DNA of 64,000 bases from Paraspadella gotoi (taxonomy: Eukaryota > Animalia > Chaetognatha). A program made the translations under genes and the position numbers. This document shows, piece by piece, positions 39,601 to 51,568 of the stretch. Every line of letters begins with the position of its first letter. The stretch's first letter is position 1. The stretch covers positions 22,284,833-22,348,832 of the forward strand of contig CM119263.1 in NCBI GenBank assembly GCA_051294375.1, written 5' to 3'. Below the pieces are notes generated by a model. The model made no database searches and was not told the origin of the DNA. It saw only the letters and a program-made list of their open reading frames with translations.

Positions 39601-42169
39601 GAAAAAAAGAGGGGAAGAGAGGGAAAATGAAGGCAAGTCAGCAGAGAAAATTTACCTGAAGATTCGGCGCCTGCTTTCGAAGGTTTTGCCCCAAACTGGT
39701 GTAGTAAAACCAAGAGTCGCCTCTCAGATTTCCAAAGCAATAACCCGCTCCTCCTGCAAAAAAAAAAAAAGCGATTACGGTTTCACACCCGAGCACAACC
39801 ACAACCACAACCACAACCACACTTACTGACTTACTGGCAAAGATTTGGTCGAGGAAAGCGAACTCGCCGACGATGTCCCCGTGAGGCGCCCGCTGAAGCT
39901 CGGGGTGGAGGTAGTTCTTCCTCGAGTAGGAAAAGTTGAAGTCTTCGGCGTCGAATCCGAAGTCGACGGCGAGTTTGACGATCGGCGCCACGGCCTCCAA
40001 GAGGCGCGTCGTTCCGCAGGTCTTCAGCATCACGGAGGATCGAGCGACGAAGAGGGAGCTTTCGCTGAGGTGGGGATTTAGTCGCGAGTGGGAGGAAATA
40101 ATGCAAGTCATTGGCATTGCGACGCTTTTTGGGTCTTATCCTTTCTCTTTCACTTTTTAATGCCTTCTTTACTTTAATTTGCGAGCGATAGAGATGAAAT
40201 GGAGCGATCACGAACTTTGACTGTGAATGAGTCATCGCTCATAAAAATAAATGGGCAACCAAAACAATCTCTATCCTGTTGTTTTACCCTGTAGCTAAGA
40301 GCGTCAGTCATTTTATAAATGTTTGGCCAAATTAAATCACCTGAGAATGTAAGCATCCATTTTAAGTCCTTGTTTGTAGCTCAGAATCTCGCAATTGATT
40401 GACTTGAGAATTTTTTCGAAAAAAATCCTGAAAGGTCAAATTTTGTCCATTGAATCTTCAGAAATGTAAGTTACGAAAAGTTAAAAGATATCGATTTTCT
40501 CTGCAAATTTATATCTGAGCCGAAACTTCAGTTTTTTTGGGGGCTCTTAAAAAAAATTCTCTGAATGGGAACCGAAATCAGTTTGGGTGAAAAAAAAAAA
40601 CTTAAGAATAAAACACGAGAGGGATGGATAATTTTAGACAACGAAGAAACCAACGAATGAAATATCATTTGAGACTGGTCAGTGGTCAACGAATGTAAAC
40701 ATCAATGTCAATTACATCCTTTACAAAATAATTATTGAAGCTAAAGCCTAACAGCAAAACATCATCATCATCGTCGCTGTTATCATCATTTTCATCATCA
40801 CCATCATCAAGGTTAACTAATTCTTTTTCGTCAATGATTGGTCAGGCCTTCGATCTGGAGCCATCGCCCTCGTCTGGCTGATCTAATTCTTAGATCATTC
40901 ATCGTTCATCGCGGATTATTCATCGTTCATCTTCGTTTTTCGAGTGGTTAGTGGGAAATCTCGAGCAGTTAACTTCCCCCACATATCTTTCCCCAGCTCC
41001 CCTCTATTTTATGACTTAAGTTAATTAAATACGATCGAGTCAGTTCTATTTTTGTCCAATAGGCGCAGCAGGTTACGCCTTTTATTTCTCTCAATACTCG
41101 GTCAAAAATAACAAACCAACGTTATACGTTGTTTGGAAGAATACAGGGAAGTCAAGTCTTTTGGGACTAACTATAAAAAATCGTTTGGACGGGTAAATAA
41201 AATAGCTAATGGAAATATTTTATTGCTCTACCTCCGGCTGGGTACACCAGTTCCCAAGTATATTTTTGGCGCGTTATACCTCGAGACCCGGCGGAGGTCC
41301 AAACCGAGACGCGATGCAGCGTCAGGGCATTCGAACATTTCTTGCTTCTCCGCAGCGGCAGCCGCGATAGCCGCAGGGGTAACGACGTCGGACGCTGGAA
41401 ACAGACTGGGTTCGCGATGCCGCCGCTATGGTTCGTTCGGGCCACCGGGTGATTCGCAGGAAAAGGGGAAAAAACGAAGGAACGGAGGGGGATTTAGTTG
41501 AGGGGAAAAGAAGGAAATAGAGTGGAAATGTTTGAAAGGGTGAGAATATATACAGAGTTAAAGAAGAACAAATTGATAAAAGATGGAGGAAAGGAGTAAT
41601 CGGCTGAATGAATGGGGTATGAAATTATCAAAGTCGGGAAAAGGGGGAGATAGAAATAAGCTCCAAATCGAAATAAATATTAAGAAAAAAAAGTAATTCT
41701 AAAACTGAGAATTGTTTAGACGAAGAGGAACAAAAGAATTGAAAGAAACGACAACTAAAAGTTGACATGAAAGCAGAAAGAAAAAGTAAGCAAAAAGTCA
41801 AAATGTCAAAGCGAAGAAAGGATCAAAAAAGGCTCTAATGCATAAAGTAAGGTAATACATTAGCAAGGAAAGAAAGCATGCAATATAGGTCAACCTTCGC
41901 AATCGATACGAGAAACCTAAAAAAAAATGAGAAGGGGACAACACGAAAGAAAAGGCGAATGAGCGAAGCGGAAAGAAAGATAGGATATTCGGGAGAGTTA
42001 AAGTGTCTTTTTAAATCTGACCGGGTCTAAATTCGAACTGAGGACTCACCTGTTGATCTCCCGAGATAAAGTTCTCCGTGGCCACGTTCTCCGGCGCCGC
42101 CACGAACCAAAGGTTGATCGTCTTTTCGGCGCCTTCGAAAAAATTTAGGTCGTCCACCAGCGACGCCAT
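30628..42169 (-). CDS. AMD1: S-adenosylmethionine decarboxylase proenzyme
   Basis: Phase-consistent exons 42169-42050, 41425-41280, 40427-40341, 40064-39835, 39753-39656, 39291-~39211, 39147-39055, 38868-38713 and 30777-30628. Motifs FFEGAEK, AYILSE^SSLFV (pyruvoyl cleavage site), KTCGTT, YSRKN, GYSLNG, TIHITPEPEFSYVSFETN. The last exon is assigned by phase and weaker similarity (LTGYSTETRQSLDVVDLRIDYAF vs human [21 protein letters not shown]). Confidence 0.9.
31364..38376 (+). CDS. Patched-related / PTCHD3-like sterol-sensing-domain RND membrane protein
   Basis: Exons 31364-32444, 32846-33245, 33596-~33715, 34156-34447, 34568-34861, 35051-35443, 35797-36048, 36617-36799, 37081-37230 and 37456-38376. 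Motifs LGLLVATNPYKVIL, FLLLGIGIDDMFVI, HVGVSITVTTVTDVLAF, GLAVDFSCHV, GLWHGLIFLPV. Confidence 0.92.
31730..32250 (+). repeat. Coding tandem repeat (~33 nt / 11 aa, Gly/Asp/Asn-rich) in exon 1 of the Patched-related gene
   Basis: Units such as DGDGKGENVVG, DGNSKDHSG and DGNGKNADG are repeated throughout. Confidence 0.85.
36408..36545 (+). mobile_element. tRNA-Gly(CCC)-derived SINE head or tRNA pseudogene in an intron
   Basis: A-box-like TGGTGCAGGAAG, TCGCCTCCCA (tRNA-Gly anticodon arm), B-box-like GGTTCTAGCCC. The anticodon stem is broken. Confidence 0.6.
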
Positions 42170-43799
42170 CTTGCGGAGAGCGCTTTACTTTGCTTTATCG
42201 TTGAGGTGAATATCAAAAACAAAAGATTTCAACAAATGAGGCGATCCGAAGAGGTATAATAATACTATTGCGAGGACGACGACACCGAAAAGCGGCGGAG
42301 ACAGAAAAACGGGAAGAGAGAAACGAAGATAGAGAGGGAGAGAGACGAAGATGGAGAGAGAGCGACCGGTGCGTTGGCGCGGAGTTATGAAGCCGAGAGA
42401 TCAGCTGGTGCTAGAGGAAGAAGAGGAGGATGTGAAGGAGAAGAAGAACGAAACGAGTGACGGTGAACGCTGTGAACAAAAAATTAATCCATTTGAACAA
42501 TACGCAACGATTTTGGCCATTAAAGAAGCCGATATTTATCATCGACGTTTGCAGTTTTACTAGTAATAAATTATAAAAAACTACACATACAGAGCTGCAG
42601 AGAAACTCGGTGGTTAAACATAAAGCGCCGACTTGAACTTTTTTTATTATTTATTTTTGTAACGCAACAGCGAAATAAAAAGAACGGTGTTCGTGATTAA
42701 ACATCTCTCTCTTTACAGTCTACCAACGGTAAAGCGCCCATTTTGAATCGATCGATTTTAACGGTAATTGGTCTAAAAATAATGAAATCCGTTTTCCGGC
42801 CGGCAGCACAAACGTTTAGGCATTCGAAAATACGAAATCCATTTTTTTAATTGAAGGCCAACCTTTTCAAATTAACTCGGTCCCACAGTTGAAGCGACAA
42901 CTCGTGCTTCTATCTTATGTATGTCTGTCTTTCTCTCTCTCTCTCTCTGTCTCTCTCTCTCTATCCCTCTTTTTTTTTCTCCGTAAAATTACGTGCAGCC
43001 TTCGACTAAAAAAGCCGGATGACGACTTTGTTCCCAGTCTTTCCCTGTTGCCACGATTCGATAAAACTGGGTATGTGGGCCATGTGGGGCTTTCGAACTC
43101 TAATATTTAAATAAAATTTAAATTTAAATATTCAAATAATAGGAATATGGTCAAAAATGGAATGATTTAGATATTAAAATTCAACCACAATAACGATGAT
43201 AGTAAGTACTGTTTTTTTGATAATAAACAAATTTAAAGATTTTTATTTGTTTTTCAATTTTTTTTAAACAGAAATGCTATAGAATAGCAGATAATAAGGG
43301 TTCCTTGCTAGGTCCATCTAAAATTCTAAAATGTACAATTGTACATTGTACTATGTACATGCTTAATGCATACGATTAAAAATACTACATACCTAACTTG
43401 CATTAAGTTTAAGACTTACTTTTTTGTCTAACGTCATCCATATTTATAGGCTCGTGCAATTGTTAATTTGCCCAGTTCATAGAATCAGTATTTTTTTATT
43501 TTAATCAATAAGAATTTTATTCAAATGATTAACGAAGTCTTTTTCAATGAGTATTTTTTTTTCAAATAGATTTTTAATTATGACACATTAAACAATTGAA
43601 AAATCCACGCCTCCTGGGCAAGGCTAATCGTCAAGACACGAAGCTTAGTAAGTTTTAATGGTCAGAGTAGAGTAATTCTCTTTAAGGTACCAAGGCAACC
43701 GAGAGTCAACGCGACAGATTTAGTTGTTTTTTTTTAAAGCGAGAACGTTTTGATTCAACTCGGTAGAGGGGGAGAGGAGAACAAATTTCGTCACAGATA

Positions 43800-44657
43800 C
43801 AGGGGTGGGACCCCTTATCGAGACAAAACTTAACGTCCTGCCCTGTCTGAACGATTTGATACACAATAATAAAATGAATGGCAAAAGTTTTTTGGGCTTT
43901 TTACTTTTATATAATAAATTTTAAAAGCAACTACAATGCGTCGTGGATGTTTTCAAAACATTTATTCGTTTTTATGCGCGCGCATTGTATTGCATACGAT
44001 AAAAGCCCTAATTGTTGATATTTTTTAATGGTCGTTTCTGAACTTGACAGTATTATGTCTTATCTTCAAATCACCTGATTTTAAGCTTTTCATCACTATC
44101 CAAATTAAACCTACTTAATTTTTTTTCGGGTAAGTAAAATAAAATTTTAAGAAAATTATAACGATTATGCTTAAATTGTATTTGTAAAATACTTTATGTA
44201 TTTCTTAACTTTTTGACGCTTTTATTATGCATTAAGAAATTTTACATGATAAATTTAATTATCTGACAATATTGCTAATAAATTTCTTGATAAAAGTAAG
44301 TTTTAATAAAAATTAAACCATAACAGTAACTTATCCAAATCTTACCTGCTTATTTTACATGTACACCTTGCCAGAAGCATTATTATACTACAAATAAATA
44401 TTTTCAAAAATATTTATAACTTTTATGTATTAGAATAAGAATTAACATTTTTTTTCCAAACCGCGTGGAGAAAACCGAGCAGTTGCCTTTGCTAAATCCA
44501 AAAAAAGCATAATATCAAAGAATTTCAAAACAACTAATATATCGTCTAAAAGCTACGAGAGAGTACTATACGAATATTTATTAAGATTTTAAAAATCATT
44601 AAGAGCTTTAGAGTAATGCTTTTTTTAATTTTGTCTCGATATAGGGTCCCACCCCTG
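43800..44657. mobile_element. Non-autonomous Tc1/mariner-type DNA transposon
   Basis: ~30-bp TIRs CAGGGGTGGGACCC(C/T)(T/A)TATCGAGACAAAA with TA on both sides (43798-99, 44658-59). No transposase ORF inside. Confidence 0.85.
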
Positions 44658-45217
44658 TAATTGCAAAGTATAATCGCAAGCCACGCCAATCATTAACGAC
44701 AAATAATCGTAAAAGATTTCCACTTTGTTAATTTCCTTTCATTTCGTTGGTATAAATTTAAACAAGAGAAAATATTGGTTTTCGCAACATGTTTCGAATA
44801 GTTTTCATCGTCAGTGCAAAACTATTCGAAACATGAATGCAAATTAAAAACTAAATTCGTTGCGAAAACCAATCTTTTCTCTTGTTTAATATTTCCACTT
44901 ATTAATACTATCTTTCGAATGAAAGAATATTTTAGAATTCATGCTAGAATTAAACATTATTCTCGATTTAATAATGTCAGCCTCCAAACCAAGGGCGTTT
45001 CATGAGATCAGAAAGTGTCCAGAAAGTTTTTAATACTTAATTTTTAACGAACCATGTAACACAGAATAAAAGCCGCCCAAAAGACAAGTTTCGCTTTCAA
45101 AAATGTATTATGATTGTCGACAATTAGTTTCGCTACCTCAACGTTCACGCGCGTCTCAGAAGGAGACGATGATTTTTCGACTCTGATTTTCGCGCTGACG
45201 GACGTTAAGGACGGCCG

Positions 45218-48200
45218 TCACGCCCCCCCACGGCCAGCCCCTTCGCCCCACTCGGCCCCGCCTTCCATCACATTCCCAGATGGGTAAGGCTCCCCTCTCT
45301 CTCCTACCCTCCTTTCGGCGACGGTTTCTCGCGTCGCCTCTAAACCTCCCCTGCCCTCGGTGCGGGGCATCTCCCCCCTTCCGTCCTCGACTTGCGCCCG
45401 AATCGGCTCGACCCCTTCGCCGTCGTTGGGGCGACCCTTCTCGGCTTCGGCGTCGGTGATGTTGATGATGTCCTTTTCTCTCTGGAATTGGGCGTCACCT
45501 TCTCTCTCCCCTTCGACGCGCTGGGGCTTGCCCGCTTGGCGATTCTCCATCAAGATGCGCCATTTCTGCAGTTGGTTGGAGGACAGGGAAAGGAATGTAA
45601 GACCCGATCACCCAAATATCAGTTAATTTTCTTTTGTCAGTTGTCAATTATCATGCTATAAGAACATATCCGGTTTTTTATTTATTTATTTATTTTATTT
45701 TTATTTATTGATTTTTCTCGAAATCTTGATAATTATCAATCTTTCTTTATCATTATCAATAATTCTCTTTCTCTCTTCTTTCCCTTTATTTTTTCCTTTT
45801 TTTTATTTTTATCTTGTTTTTTTTACTTTCATTTGTCCTTTCTTTTAAACCCTCCCCTTCCTTATAACTTTTCTATTTTCATTTTCATTTCTATTTTCAC
45901 CTCCTTGTCGATCATGTATCCACCGTCGACTTCTGTCTCTTTGTTTCCGCAGGAGACCTCGTACTCTTCCTTGTCGAACTTCTGCTGCCCCTCGCGACCC
46001 AAAAACGTTTTGAAACGAATCGTTCCTCTGAAGGCGAAAACAAAAGAGCAAGGCGAGATTTTGTGAGATAGTAGAGATAGAGCCGGGTCAGTTGACCTTA
46101 TCTTTCGAGTTTCTGTGAAATTGAGTGGCCAATTAGTGAAAATTATCATTATATGTGGACCCGACAGTTGCAGACCGAAGTAAAATACATTGGCAGGTCG
46201 AGGTTTGAGCGAATTGGATTTTAATTCCATTTTAAGGACTTTAAACGGGCATAATTCGTAATCACACCAAAAAAAACAAAAATTAGTTACAGCCCATTTC
46301 AAAATTATCCGTTCATTCAATAAATTAGCTAATAAATAATCTTGCCCTGACTCTTACAAGATAATAATATAGCAGGACCCTGCAGGCTTTCAATCAAGAC
46401 TCTCTCACATCTATCGTCTCAGCAATAATAAATTTTCAAAACGTATGGATTTTAAAGTGGATTGTGTGAGTCAGTCTGTGTGGGTCTTGACAGTGAGGAG
46501 CCATGAAGCCGTACATGAAGACGAGGATGTCTGCCGAGAGGTTGATCTCTCCCCGGAGCGGAATCTCCAACTAGAAAATATCGACAAAGGGGGCGTGGCG
46601 AGAGTTTCACTTTTTGTCTCGTATAAAAAGATCATTTGCTCACCTTTGTACTGTTTTTGCCCCGTCCGTGAGGGTAGTCTTCCTTTAGAAAGGAAAAGGT
46701 GAACTCTTCGACGGTGATCGGAATGTAATTGTTGTTGATCACGCGAAAAGCCGTCTGACAAAATGTAATTACAAAAAAATAAAGATTTTTTTAAAACAGT
46801 ATACTAAGTATTCGCTCCGCGCTTAAAAAAAAAATCCCGGAAAGAACGAAGCGGTTTTCTGATAATTTTGGTTCCTAGCAATTTTTTGCACCCGCAAGTT
46901 AGCGGCAAGTAAAATATTACAAAACCATGGATGATTTCTGAAAGCTGCAGTGTTTTGGTGCTTCCAAACGCGGAAGCGGAACAAAAGAAAATCCATAAAG
47001 TTTGACTTAAAAAATACTCGAAAATAAACCACTGACGCTTGGTCTGAATTCTTTTTAAATTCTTTTTTTAATTTTGCGGTATTAGCTTGATAAGTCATTA
47101 AATGAGGTTACGGGTCATGCGCACTGATTCCGAATGTCGCTGTTGGGTTTGATGCCTAACTTCAACACAATAAACGAAATAAATTGACGACATAGTAAGC
47201 TGAATAATAGCAATTAATCCCAAATTTTTTTCTCCCACAAAATTGTTTGTCATTTTTGTTTCTTACTGTTTTTGCAAACATCGCCGCTTTAAATTATCAA
47301 AAATAAAGATTAGCTAATGAAACTACAATGTCTTAGGTACATTTCGTTTGCCCGGAACAAAGAAAATTCATATGATATCATAAGTATCAATATCGGAGCC
47401 TTTGAAATAACTTATTTTCTTTGCAATTTACCTTTAATTGATAAAAGCCTTGTATTATAAAATAAAAAATAAAAAACAACAATTTTAACCATACAGCTAC
47501 ATGCCATTTGCGTGTTTTATTATAAAGATTGTTATGCTTTTTTTTAATAAAAAAATAGTTTATATTAATATAGGTCTAATGGGCATTAAATGCACAAAGG
47601 TTGTTTAATCTTTGGGCACCTGAAGATGACAAAATTTATTTAAAATCTGATAAATATACGCCTTTTAAGCCCTATGTCAGTAGTTTTTAAAAAAATCAGC
47701 CCGGGGTAAACAAAGTTTGAACTCCTAAATTTTCATATTTAAATCATAATTTTTTAAGGTTCCCTTCAATCGAATTTTTCTTAAATTTTTTTGTTTTTCA
47801 AACAAAATGACTATTCATTATCCTGCAGTATTATATAAACATTTGAGGGTATAGAAAAATTTTTGTTTATATCAGAAACATAAATTCAATCTTTTCTCGT
47901 TTCAGAATCTATATTTTATTTATTTTTTTTAAAGTACAGCCGCAAGTGTGTTTTAATTTTAATTTCAAAAGTTTGTTAACTTTTGACTAAGATTCCGATC
48001 CAGATTTTAAAAAAAAATCTCGTTGAAATTTTGAGAAAAATTACATGGAAAGATGTCCCATAAATTAATGGCTTAATATGATTTACAGTCTCAATCGTTC
48101 TAGTCATTTTGTTCAAAACATATCAAAAAATCAATTTTTTTTATTACCAAATTAAAGTCACCATTCTCGGCAAAAGCTAAAAATTTAACGTGGAACCCAA

Positions 48201-50315
48201 CAAAGAAATTTAACGGAACGCCAGATTTGTTTGTTAAAAATTGGGCTTGGAATGACCATTTTTGTTGTAGATTATTTTTACAGGTATCAACGGCGGCGTG
48301 GGTCCGATTGAGATTTGGGAATGTTACATCAACACAATATTGAGCATCATTTCCTATCAGGTAAAATGTAAAAATATTTAAAATAACATTATAAAAAGCG
48401 ACCAGATAACTGTCTATCTATATACCTTTGAAAGTTACAAGAATACTACCTTGAATCTAATTTTTTTTAAAATAGTACAACTTTTGTGAATAAAAGAAAA
48501 AACATTTTTAACTTAGAATTTCTGAGGGAGAGAGGGTTGAAAAACCGACCAACCAACCAGACAACCAAAAAGAGGAAATTCAAAACAAGCGATATTCCAC
48601 CACCCACAAACTCAACTAACAAAACATTACAAAACAATCACAGCCAACCACTCAGCCACCCACGACCTATAAGTTTAAACTGACCCGATAGTGTAGCCGG
48701 ATCGTGGCCTCTGCGCTGACGTTATTTGGCGGGTTTTGCAGCGTGGCGGGGTAGAGGCGTCGCTCGGGAATTTGCACGTCGATTGCGCGGGGGAAGAGGA
48801 AGAAGAGGAGTAGACCAGCCACAGCCAGGCAGATGGCGGCGGTGAGGACCGCGTAGCAGTACCTGAAAACAGGAAAGGGGAATTAAATCTCAAAGCAATT
48901 AACGAAAAAAAAAAAACACGAGTCTGTATTGTATTGTGTATTGAATGTGTAGGTTTTGCATTGGGTATTCGTTATTACTGTATTATCTTCCTGCAAGACG
49001 ATTATATAATGTTTTTTTTTTTCGTAGGTGATTGTTCAACTTAATCAGTCTTTTACAGGATATAAACTGTGACAGTGGTTCAAAAAAAAATTTTAACAAA
49101 AAAAATAATTAAGCTCATGCAAACCTCGGATCAACTGTCGAAATTAGCCTAGAGTCTTAGAACCCCAGTTTTAATAACTTAACACATCACAATTGCAAAA
49201 CATTCAACTTCTTAAAATTATAACAAAAAAAATAATTAAGCTCATGCAAACCTCATCACTGAATTAGCCTAAGTCTTAGAACCCACTTTTAATAACTTAA
49301 CACATCACATTGCAAACATTCAACTTCCTTAAAAAATTATAACAAAAAAAATAATTAAGCTCATGCAAACCTCATCACTGAAATAGCCTAAGTCTTAGAA
49401 CCCACTTTTAATAACTTAACACATCACATTGCAAACATTCAACTTCCTTAAAAAATTATAACAAAAAAAATAATTAAGCTCATGCAAACCTCATCACTGA
49501 ATTAGCCTAAGTCTTAGAACCCACTTTTAATAACTTAACACATCACATTGCAAACATTCAACTTCCTTAAAAATTATAACAAAAAAATATTAAGCTCATG
49601 TCAAACCTCATCACTGAAATTAGCCTAAGTCTTAGAACCCACTTTTAATAACTTAACACATCACATTGCAAACATTCAACTTCTTAAAAAATTATAACAA
49701 AAAAAATAATTAAGCTCATGGCAAACCTCATCACTGAAATTAGCCTAAGTCTTAGAACCCACTTTTAATAACTTAACACATCACATTGCAAACATTCAAC
49801 TCCTTAAAAAATTATAACAAAAAAAATAATTAAGCTCATGCAAACCTCATCACTGAAATTAGCCTAAGTCTTAGAACCCACTTTTAATAACTTAACACAT
49901 CACATTGCAAACATTCAACTTCCTTAAAAATTATAACAAAAAAAATAATTAAGCTCATGCAAACCTCATCACTGAAATTAGCCTAAGTCTTAGAACCCAC
50001 TTTTAATAACTTAACACACACATTGCAAACATTCAACTTCCTTAAAAAATTATAACAAAAGATCAATTTTGTTATAATTATAATATATAAAGATCATTTT
50101 GTTATAATTATAATAATAACAAAAGATCAATTTGTTATAATTATAATTATAAACAAAGATCAATTTTGTTATATAAATTATAATTATAACAAAAGATCAA
50201 TTTTGTTATCCCACCATCTAAGCAAATCTCTTCCCGACGGCGACGGCGGCGGCGCTTCGATCGCCGTCAAACGAATCTCGCCGGTGACGACGTCTTCGTC
50301 GTGAAAAATCACCAT
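45218..50315 (-). CDS. TMEM106: TMEM106-family type II membrane protein with a C-terminal extension
   Basis: Exons 50315(or upstream)-50215, 48862-48685, 46754-46644, 46570-46443, 46027-45901 and 45565-45218. TM segment AICLAVAGLLLFFLFPRAIDV, then VINNNYIPITV, C...H.I and YEVSCG match the family. Start codon uncertain. Confidence 0.8.
49085..50060. repeat. ~119-bp tandem satellite, ~8 copies, intronic
   Basis: Unit AATAATTAAGCTCATGCAAACCTCATCACTG...CATTCAACTTCCTTAAAAAATTATAAC repeated head to tail with no spacers. Confidence 0.95.
50049..50209. repeat. Array of ~4 palindromic AT-rich units
   Basis: (TTATAACAAAA GATCAA TTTTGTTATAA) repeated with variation. Confidence 0.8.
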
Positions 50316-51568
50316 TCGATTTCCGCCCAGAGGAATTTTAACGCTTGGCTACGTTGCGGGGTTTGAAAAAAAAAATTGTAGATTTTTATTTTAGTTAATT
50401 AAATAGATATTTTATATTTAACCATATAAAATGTTAATTCACTATATGACTTTAATTTATTTTATGTTCCCCTTAATTTTTTTTTGTACGTTTATCAAAG
50501 TCTGTTCTGCCATCTAGTTTTCTTTCACAGAGTTCTTTCAATTTCGAAATTTAAAAAAAAAAAAACGAAATGGCTATTTTAATTTTAAATTGTTTTACTT
50601 ATTTAATATTATTATTAATATCTGTTCAGCCCACTATGCAAACATAGTCGCTTTGACAAACTTATGCCTGCGAATCCGTCTGTTGGTCAATCATTTTTCT
50701 GGTTGAATCATGACTTGAACCCAACTTCGTCCCTCGATGTTTCATCTTTTTTTCAAAAATATTTTTAAATATTTTTATCGACGAAAAATTGATTTTCTGC
50801 CATGGTCTCGATTTATTTTTCCGCCCCGCTGAAAAAAAAAAGAAAGAAAATAGATTGGTTGATCTGAGGTGATTGACGCCGACGAACGTGAAAGGACGAA
50901 CCCAAAATATTATCTTTGTGACGAAATTTTATGGAAAAAACCAGAGCATTAAAAAGAGATTAAAACCGTAAAAAATCGTCGTCAAAGCGGCCGCGATAAG
51001 AGATTCGTATTTTAAGAAATACAAAAATGGCGTTATGTTAATCTTGAGTCTCTCTCCGTTGATATATAATATATAATTTGATTCTTACATTAGCGCAACA
51101 CATGTTCCAACATTTTTTTGCCTCAAGACATTCGCTTTACAAATCGTTACAGCTGTTAAATTTTTTCGAAAAGAGATCAGTAATCGGATCTAAACGAGAT
51201 CTTAAATAGAATTGAAGATTTATGATGATGATTTTTTTAAAGAGGGTCATAATCCAAAGGAGAAGGAGACTCATTAATCATATAATCATATCTTCTCTCT
51301 TTATTCGTCTACCACGAATCCCGGCATTATCTGCATTAATTTTAAATAAGGATTTTACGGGCTTTAATATTGGCATTTAGTCACAGTGTTTTTTTAATTT
51401 TGCTCTAAACACTATCTAGGGATAAAATTAAAATAGCGATCGAAATTTGGAAAAAAACGATTTGTAATAAAACTTGAGAAAGACTAGTATTAAAAACACT
51501 TTAAACGACACAAAAAGGCAAAAATGAATGTCAAATGTTGTGAAAGTAAAAAAAGAGAAAATTCGAGT

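Noticed and set aside
49085-50060. CRISPR-like array
   Set aside because: Head-to-tail identical units with no unique spacers, in a eukaryotic intron with no cas genes.
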